A stretch of 64,000 nt of DNA from an uncultured Desulfospira sp. (GCA_963663165.1 OY760175.1:1792001-1856000), one strand, 5' to 3'. Shown: positions 10,931 through 19,847, numbered from the stretch's first letter. Notes: a model not told the origin generated them from the letters alone. Numbers and translations: made by a program.

Positions 10931-11133
10931 GCCCGGCCTTCCAGTATATGAAATATCTCTTCTTTTGTGGCGGTGCCGGTGTTTTGCCCTTCCTGGATCG
11001 CCCGGCTCAGGGCAATGTCTTCCATGGCATCCACGATCATGTCATGGAAGATGTTCTGTTTTTCTTCGAGCATCTCGACAAGCGCTTCCTTGAAGACCTG
11101 TTTGAGCCTGCCCTCATCCATTACGGTCTGCAT
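10927..11133 (-). CDS. Putative antitoxin
   Basis: 68-aa acidic ORF overlapping the toxin start. Confidence 0.75.
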   Translation of the reverse strand: MQTVMDEGRLKQVFKEALVEMLEEKQNIFHDMIVDAMEDIALSRAIQEGQNTGTATKEEIFHILEGRA

Positions 11134-11152
11134 GGCGTCTCCTTACAAACAA

Positions 11153-11524
11153 TTAGGCCCGGGCCAGTTGTTCAAACTTATATTTTTTGATGAATGCATC
11201 CAGCAGGCTGGTCAGTACCTGCTGGTCTTCTTCGGGAAGCTGCTCTATCGCTTCGATATGCTTGAGAAGCTCCCGGCTTTTGATCTTGTTGATTGCCACG
11301 TTTGCTTCATCCCGCAGCAGGTAATCCAGGCTGACGTCAAACACGGAAGCAATTTTAACGACCATGTTGGTGGGCGGACAAACCACCCCCCGTTCGTATT
11401 TGGATATCAACTGGACATTCACGCCCAGTTTGTTGCCGAGCTGCCCCTGGGACAAGCCCCGGCCCTGGCGCAGTTTTTTTAACTTATCAGGCAATCCGGA
11501 TATAATGGCTTTGCTGTTATTCAT
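11153..11524 (-). CDS. XRE-family HTH regulator
   Basis: LKKLRQGRGLSQGQLG...ISKYERG...VSLDYLL; AAGGAGG RBS before the ATG at 11524. Confidence 0.9.
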   Translation of the reverse strand: MNNSKAIISGLPDKLKKLRQGRGLSQGQLGNKLGVNVQLISKYERGVVCPPTNMVVKIASVFDVSLDYLLRDEANVAINKIKSRELLKHIEAIEQLPEEDQQVLTSLLDAFIKKYKFEQLARA

Positions 11525-11830
11525 AAGCTCCTCCTTGCCTGTATTCTCTATAAATATGGGGCTGTGTGCAAACATATTTTTTCTTGACAATAACTTTAAA
11601 GGATACTAACTAAGCATATAAAGTTATGCTTTTTGTCGTAAAAAGCAAGTTTATTTTGATATCAGGGATGTTTTTAGAAAAGAAGGCCATCAACCCGAAC
11701 TCGCCAAAGTCAACCGGTTGATGGCCGAAAAAAACAAATCACAAAAGGCAAAGCCCGTTTGTAACCGTTTTCTTTTTCTATCATATCTCCCGGTAAAAAT
11801 TCAATCTGTGTAATCAAGGGAGGTGAACCT

Positions 11831-12142
11831 GTGACATTTACCCAACGGTTCTACGAGATCGCCTGCATGTTCCCGGTGATGACCAGCAAAGGCGTACAGC
11901 AAGGCGATATCCCCGGCATCAGGAAGGATCGGTTCTGTGCTGATGACCTGGCCGGGTTTGTCTATGAGGGCGGCGGCAGGGCCTGGAGCACCGGAGAAAA
12001 GCTTGTATTAGAATTTCTGCTGAATCTGTACAACCCGGGAGCCTTTGACAAGTTCAACATCGGCTTTGCCATGAACGTATGGGACCCCACCCATATGAGA
12101 GCCTGTTTTAAGGCCATGGCAAGGATTTACAGCGGAGAGTGA
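11831..12142 (+). CDS. Hypothetical protein of the mobile module
   Basis: GGGAGG RBS, GTG start, first gene of the primase operon. Confidence 0.65.
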   Translation: MTFTQRFYEIACMFPVMTSKGVQQGDIPGIRKDRFCADDLAGFVYEGGGRAWSTGEKLVLEFLLNLYNPGAFDKFNIGFAMNVWDPTHMRACFKAMARIYSGE

Positions 12143-12182
12143 CCCATGAACAGACAACGCCTTCGGAACAGCGGGATAAAAC

Positions 12183-14855
12183 ATGATAGAAAAAGAGACC
12201 ATAGAACGGATCAAAACATCTGTAGACCTTAAATCCCTGGTGGAGTCCAGGGGTATCGAACTCAAAAAAAACGGCAAGGGCTGGTTCGGCCTGTGCCCCT
12301 TCCATGATGACAAAACCCCGTCTTTATCCGTCACCCCGTCCAAAAACGAATGGCACTGCTTTGGTTGCGGTGCCGGAGGAGATGTGATCCGGTTTGTGGA
12401 GATGTTTGACCGGGTGGATTTTAAAGAGGCGGTTAGACGGCTTGGCGGTGATGAGGTAGAAAAAACCGCAGTTAAAATAAAAAAAGAGGACCCGGCCCCG
12501 AAACTGACACCCGGCCATATCAAGCTGTTCAACCGGGTTATTGAATTTTACCACGAAGCCTTTGCCGAAGATGGCCGGGCACGGCAGTACCTGAAAGGAC
12601 GGGGCATCACGGATAACTCCCTGCCTTCCGACCACCGGATCGGCTTTGCCAACGGCTCCCTGCTGAACGTGCTGCCCAATGATGCCAAAATCACAGGGCA
12701 GTTAAAAGATCTGGGCATCCTGAACGTCAACGGGAAGGAGCATTTTTACGGCTGTGCCGTGTTCCCGCTCTACGATTTTAACGGGAACCCTGCCGGGATG
12801 TATGGCCGCCGTATTGACGGCATGACCCAAGGCGCCGGCCATCTGTATCTTCCCGGCAGCCGGGAAGGTCTGTTCAACCGCCAGGCAGCCAAGGCCCACA
12901 AAAAGATTATCCTTACAGAATCCGTTCTGGACAGCCTGACCCTGATCAATGCCGGGTTTAAAAACACCATCCCGTGTTACGGCACCAACGGCCTGACCCA
13001 ATCCCATATCAAGTGGCTTACACAAACCCAGGTAGAAACCGTCTACATATGTTTTGACGCAGACGAGGCAGGCCAGGCCGCCACGCCTGTGGTTGGTGAG
13101 CACTTAACCCAAGCCGGGATCACCACGCACCCCATAACACTTCCCAACGGCCAGGACATCAATGATTTTTTTCTTTTAACCGCCAATCCCAAAGAGGGGT
13201 TCAACGCCCTGATTGGTCAGGCCAACCCTGCGGTTAAAAAAGAAAAGGACCTGAAAGTTACCAAAACAGATTTTGGCTTTACCATGGCGGTTGCCGACCG
13301 CAGATACGAGGTCCGGGGGATCAGCAAAAAAGGCGGCAAGCTTAAGGCCACGGTCAAGGGCATTGACCCTAAAAAACGCATGCACGTAGACACCGTGGAT
13401 TTTTACTCGGCACGGTCCAGGACCTTTCTTCTCAAGGGACTGGCTGACCTGTTCGGCGCAGACGAGGCTGCCGTTACCCAGGACCTTGCCAAGCTGACGG
13501 AACAGGCCGAACAAAACCAGGTTCCGGATCAGGACAACAAGGCTGCCACAGCCATGACGTTCCAGGACAAGACCGAAGCCTTGCGGTTCCTGGAGAACCC
13601 GGACATGTTCGCTGAGATCCTCACCGATTTTGAAACCCTTGGCTACACCGGAGAAGAGATGAACAAGCTGCTCTGCTACGTGGCGGCGATCTCCCGCAAG
13701 ATGGATCACCCCCTGTCGGTCATGATCCAGTCCAGGTCCGCCGCAGGCAAGTCCTATCTCCAGGACACGGCCCTGTCCCTTGTGCCCAAAGAAGATTATA
13801 TCAAGTACACCCGGCTGACGGACCAGGCCCTGTTTTACACGGGCAAGGAGAGTCTGAAGCACAAAATCCTTGCCATTGAAGAACTGGACGGCATGAACGG
13901 GGCCATCTACTCTATCCGCAGCATCCAAAGTTCCAAGGAGATCACCATTGCCTATACGGGCAAGGACAGTGCCACCGGCGAACAACGAACCATGGAGAAC
14001 AAGGTGGAAGGGCCGTTGATGGTCTTTATCACCACCACCCAGGTGGACATTGACGGAGAAACCGCATCCAGGTTCGTGTTCATCTCCATTGACGAATCCG
14101 AAGACATGACCAAAAAAGTCCTGGCCAAGCAGCGGCAGACCCACACCATGCAGGGCATGCTCAACAAGCTCAAATCAGAAGAGATTATTAAAAAGCACCA
14201 TAATGCCAACCGGATGATGCGGCCCCTTCATGTGTTCAACCCCTATGCCGAATTGCTGACCTTTACCAGCAGGTCTTTAAGGGCCAGAAGGGATCACACC
14301 AAATACCTGAACCTGATATCAGCCGTGGCCTACCTGTTCCAGTACCAGAAAAAGGTGCAGACCTTTGAATTTAAGGACCAGTCCATTGAATACGTGAACG
14401 TCACCCTGGCCGACATAGAAAAGGCCAACACCATTGCCAACTACGTTTTGGGCAGAAGCCTGGATGATCTAAGCCCCCCTTCAAGGAAACTGCTCATGCT
14501 GATCCGGCAGATGTGCCGGGACAAAAAAGAAGACTTCCATTTTAACCGCCGCCAGATCCGGGAGTACAGCGGATGGAGCGACTTCCAGGTCAGGACCCAT
14601 ATTCGGCAGCTTGAAGACCTGGAGTACATCTACTCGCTCATGGGCAAACGGGGCAAAGAATACGTTTACGAACTGGCCTACAACGGCGAAGGAGACGACG
14701 GTAAACCCTTTGTGATCGGGCTTACAGACATTAAGCAGTTAAAAGAAAAAGCCAAAGAAGCCGGTATCACCGATGACAACGAGGGGGAAAATTACAACTA
14801 CGAGCATGAAGGCGTTAACTACGAGGGTGGTTCAAGCCCCCATAGAGGGCACTAA
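12183..14855 (+). CDS. CHC2 zinc-finger/Toprim primase fused to a P-loop ATPase/helicase-like domain
   Basis: CPFHDDKTPS...WHCFGC; Toprim TESVLD and FDADEAG; Walker A-like SRSAAGKS; Walker B-like ILAIEE. Confidence 0.9.
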   Translation: MIEKETIERIKTSVDLKSLVESRGIELKKNGKGWFGLCPFHDDKTPSLSVTPSKNEWHCFGCGAGGDVIRFVEMFDRVDFKEAVRRLGGDEVEKTAVKIKKEDPAPKLTPGHIKLFNRVIEFYHEAFAEDGRARQYLKGRGITDNSLPSDHRIGFANGSLLNVLPNDAKITGQLKDLGILNVNGKEHFYGCAVFPLYDFNGNPAGMYGRRIDGMTQGAGHLYLPGSREGLFNRQAAKAHKKIILTESVLDSLTLINAGFKNTIPCYGTNGLTQSHIKWLTQTQVETVYICFDADEAGQAATPVVGEHLTQAGITTHPITLPNGQDINDFFLLTANPKEGFNALIGQANPAVKKEKDLKVTKTDFGFTMAVADRRYEVRGISKKGGKLKATVKGIDPKKRMHVDTVDFYSARSRTFLLKGLADLFGADEAAVTQDLAKLTEQAEQNQVPDQDNKAATAMTFQDKTEALRFLENPDMFAEILTDFETLGYTGEEMNKLLCYVAAISRKMDHPLSVMIQSRSAAGKSYLQDTALSLVPKEDYIKYTRLTDQALFYTGKESLKHKILAIEELDGMNGAIYSIRSIQSSKEITIAYTGKDSATGEQRTMENKVEGPLMVFITTTQVDIDGETASRFVFISIDESEDMTKKVLAKQRQTHTMQGMLNKLKSEEIIKKHHNANRMMRPLHVFNPYAELLTFTSRSLRARRDHTKYLNLISAVAYLFQYQKKVQTFEFKDQSIEYVNVTLADIEKANTIANYVLGRSLDDLSPPSRKLLMLIRQMCRDKKEDFHFNRRQIREYSGWSDFQVRTHIRQLEDLEYIYSLMGKRGKEYVYELAYNGEGDDGKPFVIGLTDIKQLKEKAKEAGITDDNEGENYNYEHEGVNYEGGSSPHRGH

Positions 14856-14958
14856 GTGATTTTTCTTTTAACCGCTAAAAAGCCCTTATACCAAGGCATT
14901 GAAACGAATATACCCCCAAGTTCGAGGCAACCGGGGCAAAAGTAATTAAGGAGCAAGC

Positions 14959-15150
14959 ATGACATTTATAGAAGCCGTAAGGGAACTTGACCTGAAAGAT
15001 CCGTTGACCCGGGAGCCTGTACGCCCAAGTGAACTGATACGGATACTCAAGGAAGATGTTGTTCTGTCTGTGGAGCGGCCCGGCTCCTGGGAAGGGTCGA
15101 ATATGCTGGAGGTACTGACCAGCCACGGCTTTTTTACCCATCAGGATTGA
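14959..15150 (+). CDS. Small hypothetical protein
   Basis: AAGGAG RBS; 63 aa; between the primase and the recombinases. Confidence 0.6.
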   Translation: MTFIEAVRELDLKDPLTREPVRPSELIRILKEDVVLSVERPGSWEGSNMLEVLTSHGFFTHQD

Positions 15151-15161
15151 AAGGAGGGAAT

Positions 15162-16124
15162 ATGGTTAAAAACCTGTTGTTCCGGTTCCGGGAAAACCTC
15201 AGGGTGACAGGCAGAAGCCCGTCAACAGTAAAGGCATATGCCATGCACACAAGGGATTTTTTTGATGTCATGGAGATCAGGGCTGTTAAAAAGGTTACCA
15301 CGCCTGTTATAGAATCCTGGATCGCAGGGCTGCGTGACTCAAAGAGTGCCAAGGGCAAGCCTTACAGTGATGCAACCATCCAAATTAAGATACGCTCAAT
15401 CAAGCGGTTTTTTGAGTTTCTGGAGAGGACCAACATTATCTTTATCAATCCTGCAGAGTTTATCAAGGAATCCAAAGTAAAGACCCCGATCAAGCCGGCA
15501 CTGACTTTTGAAGAAGCGAAACGGATACTGGACCAGCCAAACTTAAGCACAATAACCGGCATCCGGGACCGGACCATACTGGAGGTTTTTTACACCACCG
15601 GGATACGGCTCAACGAGTTATGTTCCCTGACCATTTATGACGCAGATCTGCAGGGCGGTGTGCTGCGGATCAACAAGGGCAAAGGAGCCAGGGACCGGGT
15701 GGTGCCCTTAGGCAAACATGCAGTCAAGTTCCTGCGGGAGTATATCTCCAAGGTCAGGCCTAGGTTTGCCAAAAAAAACAGGACCTGCCGATCCCTGTTT
15801 ATGGGTTCTTTGGGCAAGCCCGTGTCCAAGGCGGTTGTAGCCTTCATGATCCTTAAAAACCGGAAAGCGGCTAAAATAAAAAAACAAGTTACTGCCCACA
15901 CGTTCCGCCACACCTTTGCAACGGTGCTGGTAAAAAACGGTGCGGACATCCGGGCGGTCCAGAAGATGCTGGGCCATGTGGATATCAGAACCACCCAAGG
16001 TTATATCCGGTCCCTGGGCCTGGATATTAAAAAGGAACACCGGAAAACCCATCCAAGGGAAAAGGACAAAGAAAACATCACCAACCCCAGGATAAAAGGG
16101 ATTATGGATCATCATGAAAGATAA
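15162..16124 (+). CDS. Tyrosine recombinase (XerC/D-like) 1
   Basis: TGIRLNEL, KGKG, HTFRH, LGH, TQGY catalytic set; AAGGAGG RBS. Confidence 0.95.
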   Translation: MVKNLLFRFRENLRVTGRSPSTVKAYAMHTRDFFDVMEIRAVKKVTTPVIESWIAGLRDSKSAKGKPYSDATIQIKIRSIKRFFEFLERTNIIFINPAEFIKESKVKTPIKPALTFEEAKRILDQPNLSTITGIRDRTILEVFYTTGIRLNELCSLTIYDADLQGGVLRINKGKGARDRVVPLGKHAVKFLREYISKVRPRFAKKNRTCRSLFMGSLGKPVSKAVVAFMILKNRKAAKIKKQVTAHTFRHTFATVLVKNGADIRAVQKMLGHVDIRTTQGYIRSLGLDIKKEHRKTHPREKDKENITNPRIKGIMDHHER

Positions 16125-17049
16125 TCCGTTCAAGCCGTATATTGATCAGTTCCGGCTGGCCCTGAAGGTCCGGAACCTGACCGGCAAGACCATTGAACAA
16201 ATCTGTTGGAAGCTGGGCAGGTTCACGGCCTGGCTGATGGAAAGCCAGGTCTTGTCTGTTGACGCCATCACCAAGGATGCGGTCAGGTCCTACCAGGTGG
16301 AGCTTTACCAGGCAATCAATGCAAGAGGCAGGCAGAACGGCGTGGCCTATCAAAATTCTATGATGTCTGCGGTCCGGCAGTTCACAAGGTTCCTGTATGA
16401 AAGGGACTTTATCGTGTCTGACCCGGCAAGGGACATCCAGTATGCCAAAATACCTAAAGCCCTGCCCAAGGGGATATTGAGCCCGGCGGAAGCCAGAAAG
16501 ATCATCCATGCCCCTGATATTACCAGCGTAATCGGATACCGGGACCGGGTGATCCTGGAGGTGCTTTATACCAGCGGTATCCGCAAAGAGGAGCTAAACC
16601 ACCTGACCCTGGCCGATGTGGACTGCCATGACGGTTTTTTGAGGATAGACAACGGCAAAGGGCAAAAGGACCGGATCGTCCCCTTGGGCCGGATCGCCTG
16701 CCGGTATCTTGAAAATTATATCACATCCGTCCGTCCGGAACTGATCAGGGACCCGTACAACACCCACCTGTTCCTATCCCTGAGAGGCAACCGGCTGTCT
16801 AAAAACGTGGTATGGGCACTGGTGAAAAAATACGCCAAAAAGGCAAAGATACGAAAAAACGTCCATCCCCATACGTTCCGGCACTCCTGCGCAACCGGCA
16901 TGTTGAAAAACAAGGCGGATCTAAACACCATCCGCAAGCTTTTGGGCCATACATCATTGAATACCACACAGATCTATACCCACCTGAATATCACAGAGTT
17001 AAAGGCGGTTCACAAGCAATGCCATCCCCGGGAGAAAGACAGAGAGTAG
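16114..17049 (+). CDS. Tyrosine recombinase (XerC/D-like) 2
   Basis: SGIRKEEL, GKGQK, HTFRH, LGH, TQIY; overlaps recombinase 1; both carry HPREKD near the C-terminus. Confidence 0.95.
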   Translation: MKDNPFKPYIDQFRLALKVRNLTGKTIEQICWKLGRFTAWLMESQVLSVDAITKDAVRSYQVELYQAINARGRQNGVAYQNSMMSAVRQFTRFLYERDFIVSDPARDIQYAKIPKALPKGILSPAEARKIIHAPDITSVIGYRDRVILEVLYTSGIRKEELNHLTLADVDCHDGFLRIDNGKGQKDRIVPLGRIACRYLENYITSVRPELIRDPYNTHLFLSLRGNRLSKNVVWALVKKYAKKAKIRKNVHPHTFRHSCATGMLKNKADLNTIRKLLGHTSLNTTQIYTHLNITELKAVHKQCHPREKDRE

Positions 17050-17384
17050 TTGTTTTTTCTTTTAACTGCGGTTTTTAAACAAGGATCGTCTCCGGTGCTC
17101 GGGCTTCACCCCTGGCGGGGTTCCGCTCCCTGCGCCCGGAGCCGGCCCTATTTTATGCCCACCCAACCACCCTTTAAATGCGGATGGCTGCGCCGCCTTA
17201 TTTTATATCCCCGCCCGCCCGGCGGAAGGGCTGTTCCGGCGCTACGGGCACGCCGGTCGCTCCACATTGCGTAAAGTCGTTGCGTTCGGCGTGTCCGATA
17301 AGGCGGCCTTATCAGACACGGCCGGTCCGTCACAGGTCTTGCAAACTGCCGCAATACCCGCGCCGGACCGCCTTCCCTCTCTAC

Positions 17385-17412
17385 ACTAGACATAACAAAC
17401 ATTATGTCTCCT
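17385..17412. other. dif-like tyrosine-recombinase core site (11-6-11)
   Basis: ACTAGACATAA-CAAACA-TTATGTCTCCT; perfect 8-bp inverted arms AGACATAA/TTATGTCT around a 6-bp spacer. Confidence 0.6.
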
Positions 17413-17758
17413 TTGCGCAATGCTCCGCTTCCTTTGCGCCCTGCGCACCTCCACAACCCTTCCGCTCCCCTTAAAAAAGGATGAAACCCCATTTTATATG
17501 CCGGCTGACGCCAGCACCAAGCATGCAGTTAAAAGAAAAAAACCATCCTCAATTTTATTTTTAACAGCCTGGGAAATCCTTTGATCAAAGGCTCAATCCA
17601 TAGTATGAATCACCAAAGAAGCAGTGGCAGAGTTTGGTTACGCTGAAATTAATTTTAGGTAAAAAACAGTTCTTTTACAACTTGGATAATCCGGATGGAA
17701 GGCTTGCCAATAAAGAGATTGCGCTTGGTTGGCAAAATCGTCTAATGGGATTATTTGT

Positions 17759-18619
17759 TCAAACAATCCATTGAGGTTCACAGATCCTGATGGCTTGATG
17801 GCGAAAAATACTGTTCAATGGATGTCTGATCATCCTATCCCTGGTCCGGACGACCTTTTATCGAGCGGCTTGCATTATCTATCAGATTCATTGGGGCAAC
17901 AAACAACTACAAATTGGGGGGATCAATTAGGGGCAACTATTTTAAAAACAACTGTTGATGTTGGCGCGGGTATTGTTGATTCTCCTGAAGCCTTGGCAAA
18001 TCAGACTTATGAATGGTCCAGAGATATTACAAATTGGAATAAATTACCAATATTGGGGACTAATGCTGTTGCTATGGCTAAGACAACCTCGGATTTTATT
18101 AATAATCCAAACTGGACAACAGGTTCTCAAATGGTTGGGGCATATTCTAGTGCGGTTTTATTAACTATAGGGGGAACGCAGCTCTTAAAAGGGCCTATTG
18201 GAAACATTGGGTCTAAAAATAAAGCAATAGGACTTGTTAAAAATGAATATCAAAATCTTATTTCTTCTGGGATGAGTCATCGAGAAATTGGCCCTGCCAT
18301 TTCAATCGCTCGAGATATGAAAGCTGGAAAATTTAGCCAAATTTATCGCAATGATTCGCTTGGCAACATGCCTTCAAATTTAAGCGATCCTATTGCCATC
18401 AGACTTTACAGTGCACCAGAGTATATAAAAACAAAAGGAATTGCTTCTCATTCTGAAATATATGCCGTAGATGAATTGCTAAAAGCAAGACCGAAAGCTG
18501 CGCTTGAAGATATCTCGGTGTTTACAATGGAGGTTAAAAAAGCATCATTACGCGGAACTTATAAACCTGCTTGTCCACATTGTGCTCATTTATTAGAAGG
18601 AGTTGACTACATTAAATAA
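17759..18619 (+). pseudogene. Orphan Rhs C-terminal toxin, YwqJ-like nucleic-acid deaminase
   Basis: Begins at SNNPLRFTDPDGLMA; deaminase Zn motifs SHSE and PACPHC. Confidence 0.85.
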
Positions 18620-18634
18620 TATGGATTACAGACA

Positions 18635-19033
18635 ATGACAAATAGAGTTAATGAAAATTATTTGGATTTCGATGGTGACCAAAGTATTCTTGACGGGAAA
18701 CCATTTACAGGCATTGGTTTTCTTGAACATCCTGATCATTCTCTGAAAAGAGAGTTCAACTATTTAGATGGATTTGAACATGGCTTATGCCAAGAATGGT
18801 ACTCCAACGGGCAGCTAAAGCGCAAATGGACAGCAGTACGTGGACAAGCAAAAGGAACAGTATATCAGTGGCATGAAAACGGAGAAAAAAAATCGGTAGG
18901 AGAATACGATTTCGGCGTTGAGACAGCATATAAGGAATGGGATGAAAAAGGGGAATTAATTATCGATAGAAAAATCGATGAAAATTCAAATCTTTATAGC
19001 TATTTAATGGATATGAAGGAGAAGCGGGGTTAA
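18635..19033 (+). CDS. YwqK-like (MORN-variant repeat) immunity protein
   Basis: GKPFTG, EWYSNGQLK, WHENGEKK, EWDEKG repeats. Confidence 0.85.
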   Translation: MTNRVNENYLDFDGDQSILDGKPFTGIGFLEHPDHSLKREFNYLDGFEHGLCQEWYSNGQLKRKWTAVRGQAKGTVYQWHENGEKKSVGEYDFGVETAYKEWDEKGELIIDRKIDENSNLYSYLMDMKEKRG

Positions 19034-19050
19034 ATACGGTGAAAAATAAG

Positions 19051-19551
19051 TTATAAAGGGTTTTTGCTAATTTGATCAACGTGTTTTAAGAGAGTCGGGA
19101 TTCTATATTTTCCGTGCATTTGAGAAATATGTTTTGCGGCAAGTTGCTGATCAATACCTGCGGCCGTAATATAGAGGGGTTTTTTACTTTTCCCTCTAAC
19201 GATTTTATCAGCCATATCGGATTGTTTGAAGCTGTTTTTAGCAACTCCGATTATTGGGGTTTTTTGATTCAATTTATTGTATAGATGAGCTCCTAAGCCC
19301 GGAGATTGGTGGATATCTAACCATACATAGCCATCAATTAAAATAAACTCAGGTGATTCAGGGATAAGTTTTAAGACTTTAAGAATACACGGCAGCTCTC
19401 GGAGATAAAATTGCCCTGGGACATACGGTTCGATTTTAAAAACTGTTGTATGGAATTGAGCAGTAGGGCTTGAGTCAGTCCATTCTTTAAACAATATGCA
19501 TGCGGCAACTGCCTGGTGATCGTAATAATGAACGTCTACACAAGCTATCAT
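19051..19551 (-). CDS. nfi: Endonuclease V family protein (short form)
   Basis: VDVHY, YVPGQFYLRELP, ILIDGY, PGLGAHL, IIGVAK motifs. Confidence 0.85.
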   Translation of the reverse strand: MIACVDVHYYDHQAVAACILFKEWTDSSPTAQFHTTVFKIEPYVPGQFYLRELPCILKVLKLIPESPEFILIDGYVWLDIHQSPGLGAHLYNKLNQKTPIIGVAKNSFKQSDMADKIVRGKSKKPLYITAAGIDQQLAAKHISQMHGKYRIPTLLKHVDQISKNPL

Positions 19552-19620
19552 CAGGTCTTATTTACCTTTTTTGATTTTAGCGTTAATTCGGTCGGTTTTG
19601 TACCGGTCCCGGGTAACGCT

Positions 19621-19847
19621 AAATATAAGATTTTACCAACCTAAGGAAAATACTTATAAATTTCACCCCGATGCAGGAACCTGACAAAGCAGACGGTATC
19701 CTCTTCAATAACAAGGCCCAGGCGGTAGTCATCCATCCTGATACGGTAGTGGCTGCCCTGGGCCTTTAACTTTTTAAAGTTCCGGATCGCGTGGATGTCC
19801 GGGGCCTCTTCCACTCCCTGTATGATCTGCCGGACCCGGTCAAGCAA
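19621..19847 (-). pseudogene. 5'-truncated near-identical copy of the RelE/ParE toxin gene
   Basis: Direct repeat of 10641-10867 (~227 bp, about 6 mismatches by eye). Confidence 0.9.

Larger units (their letters stand above)
10661..17758. mobile_element. Primase/dual tyrosine-recombinase integrative module; left end may extend to ~8246 inside rhs
   Basis: TA-XRE operon divergent from hyp-primase-hyp-int-int; GC-richer than the flanking cassettes; right end abuts an Rhs core-end remnant. Confidence 0.7.

Noticed and set aside
12183..14855. Housekeeping dnaG or a prophage
   Set aside because: Fused P-loop domain, no rpsU/rpoD context and no virion genes.
15162..17049. Chromosomal xerC/xerD or a RIT element
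   Set aside because: Two overlapping recombinases in a primase operon; RIT elements have three, and housekeeping xer genes are not arranged this way.
17385..17412. The chromosomal dif site
   Set aside because: Outer arm bases differ from the usual TTATGTTAAAT XerD arm and the site sits inside a mobile module; not fully excludable without GC-skew data.
17050..17492. Three overlapping ORFs after Int2
   Set aside because: Pro/Arg-rich translations of GC-rich hairpin DNA with no RBS or recognisable motif.
17729..17758. TTG start making the deaminase tip an expressed 296-aa gene
   Set aside because: No RBS; these codons precede the Rhs homology and belong to the junction.
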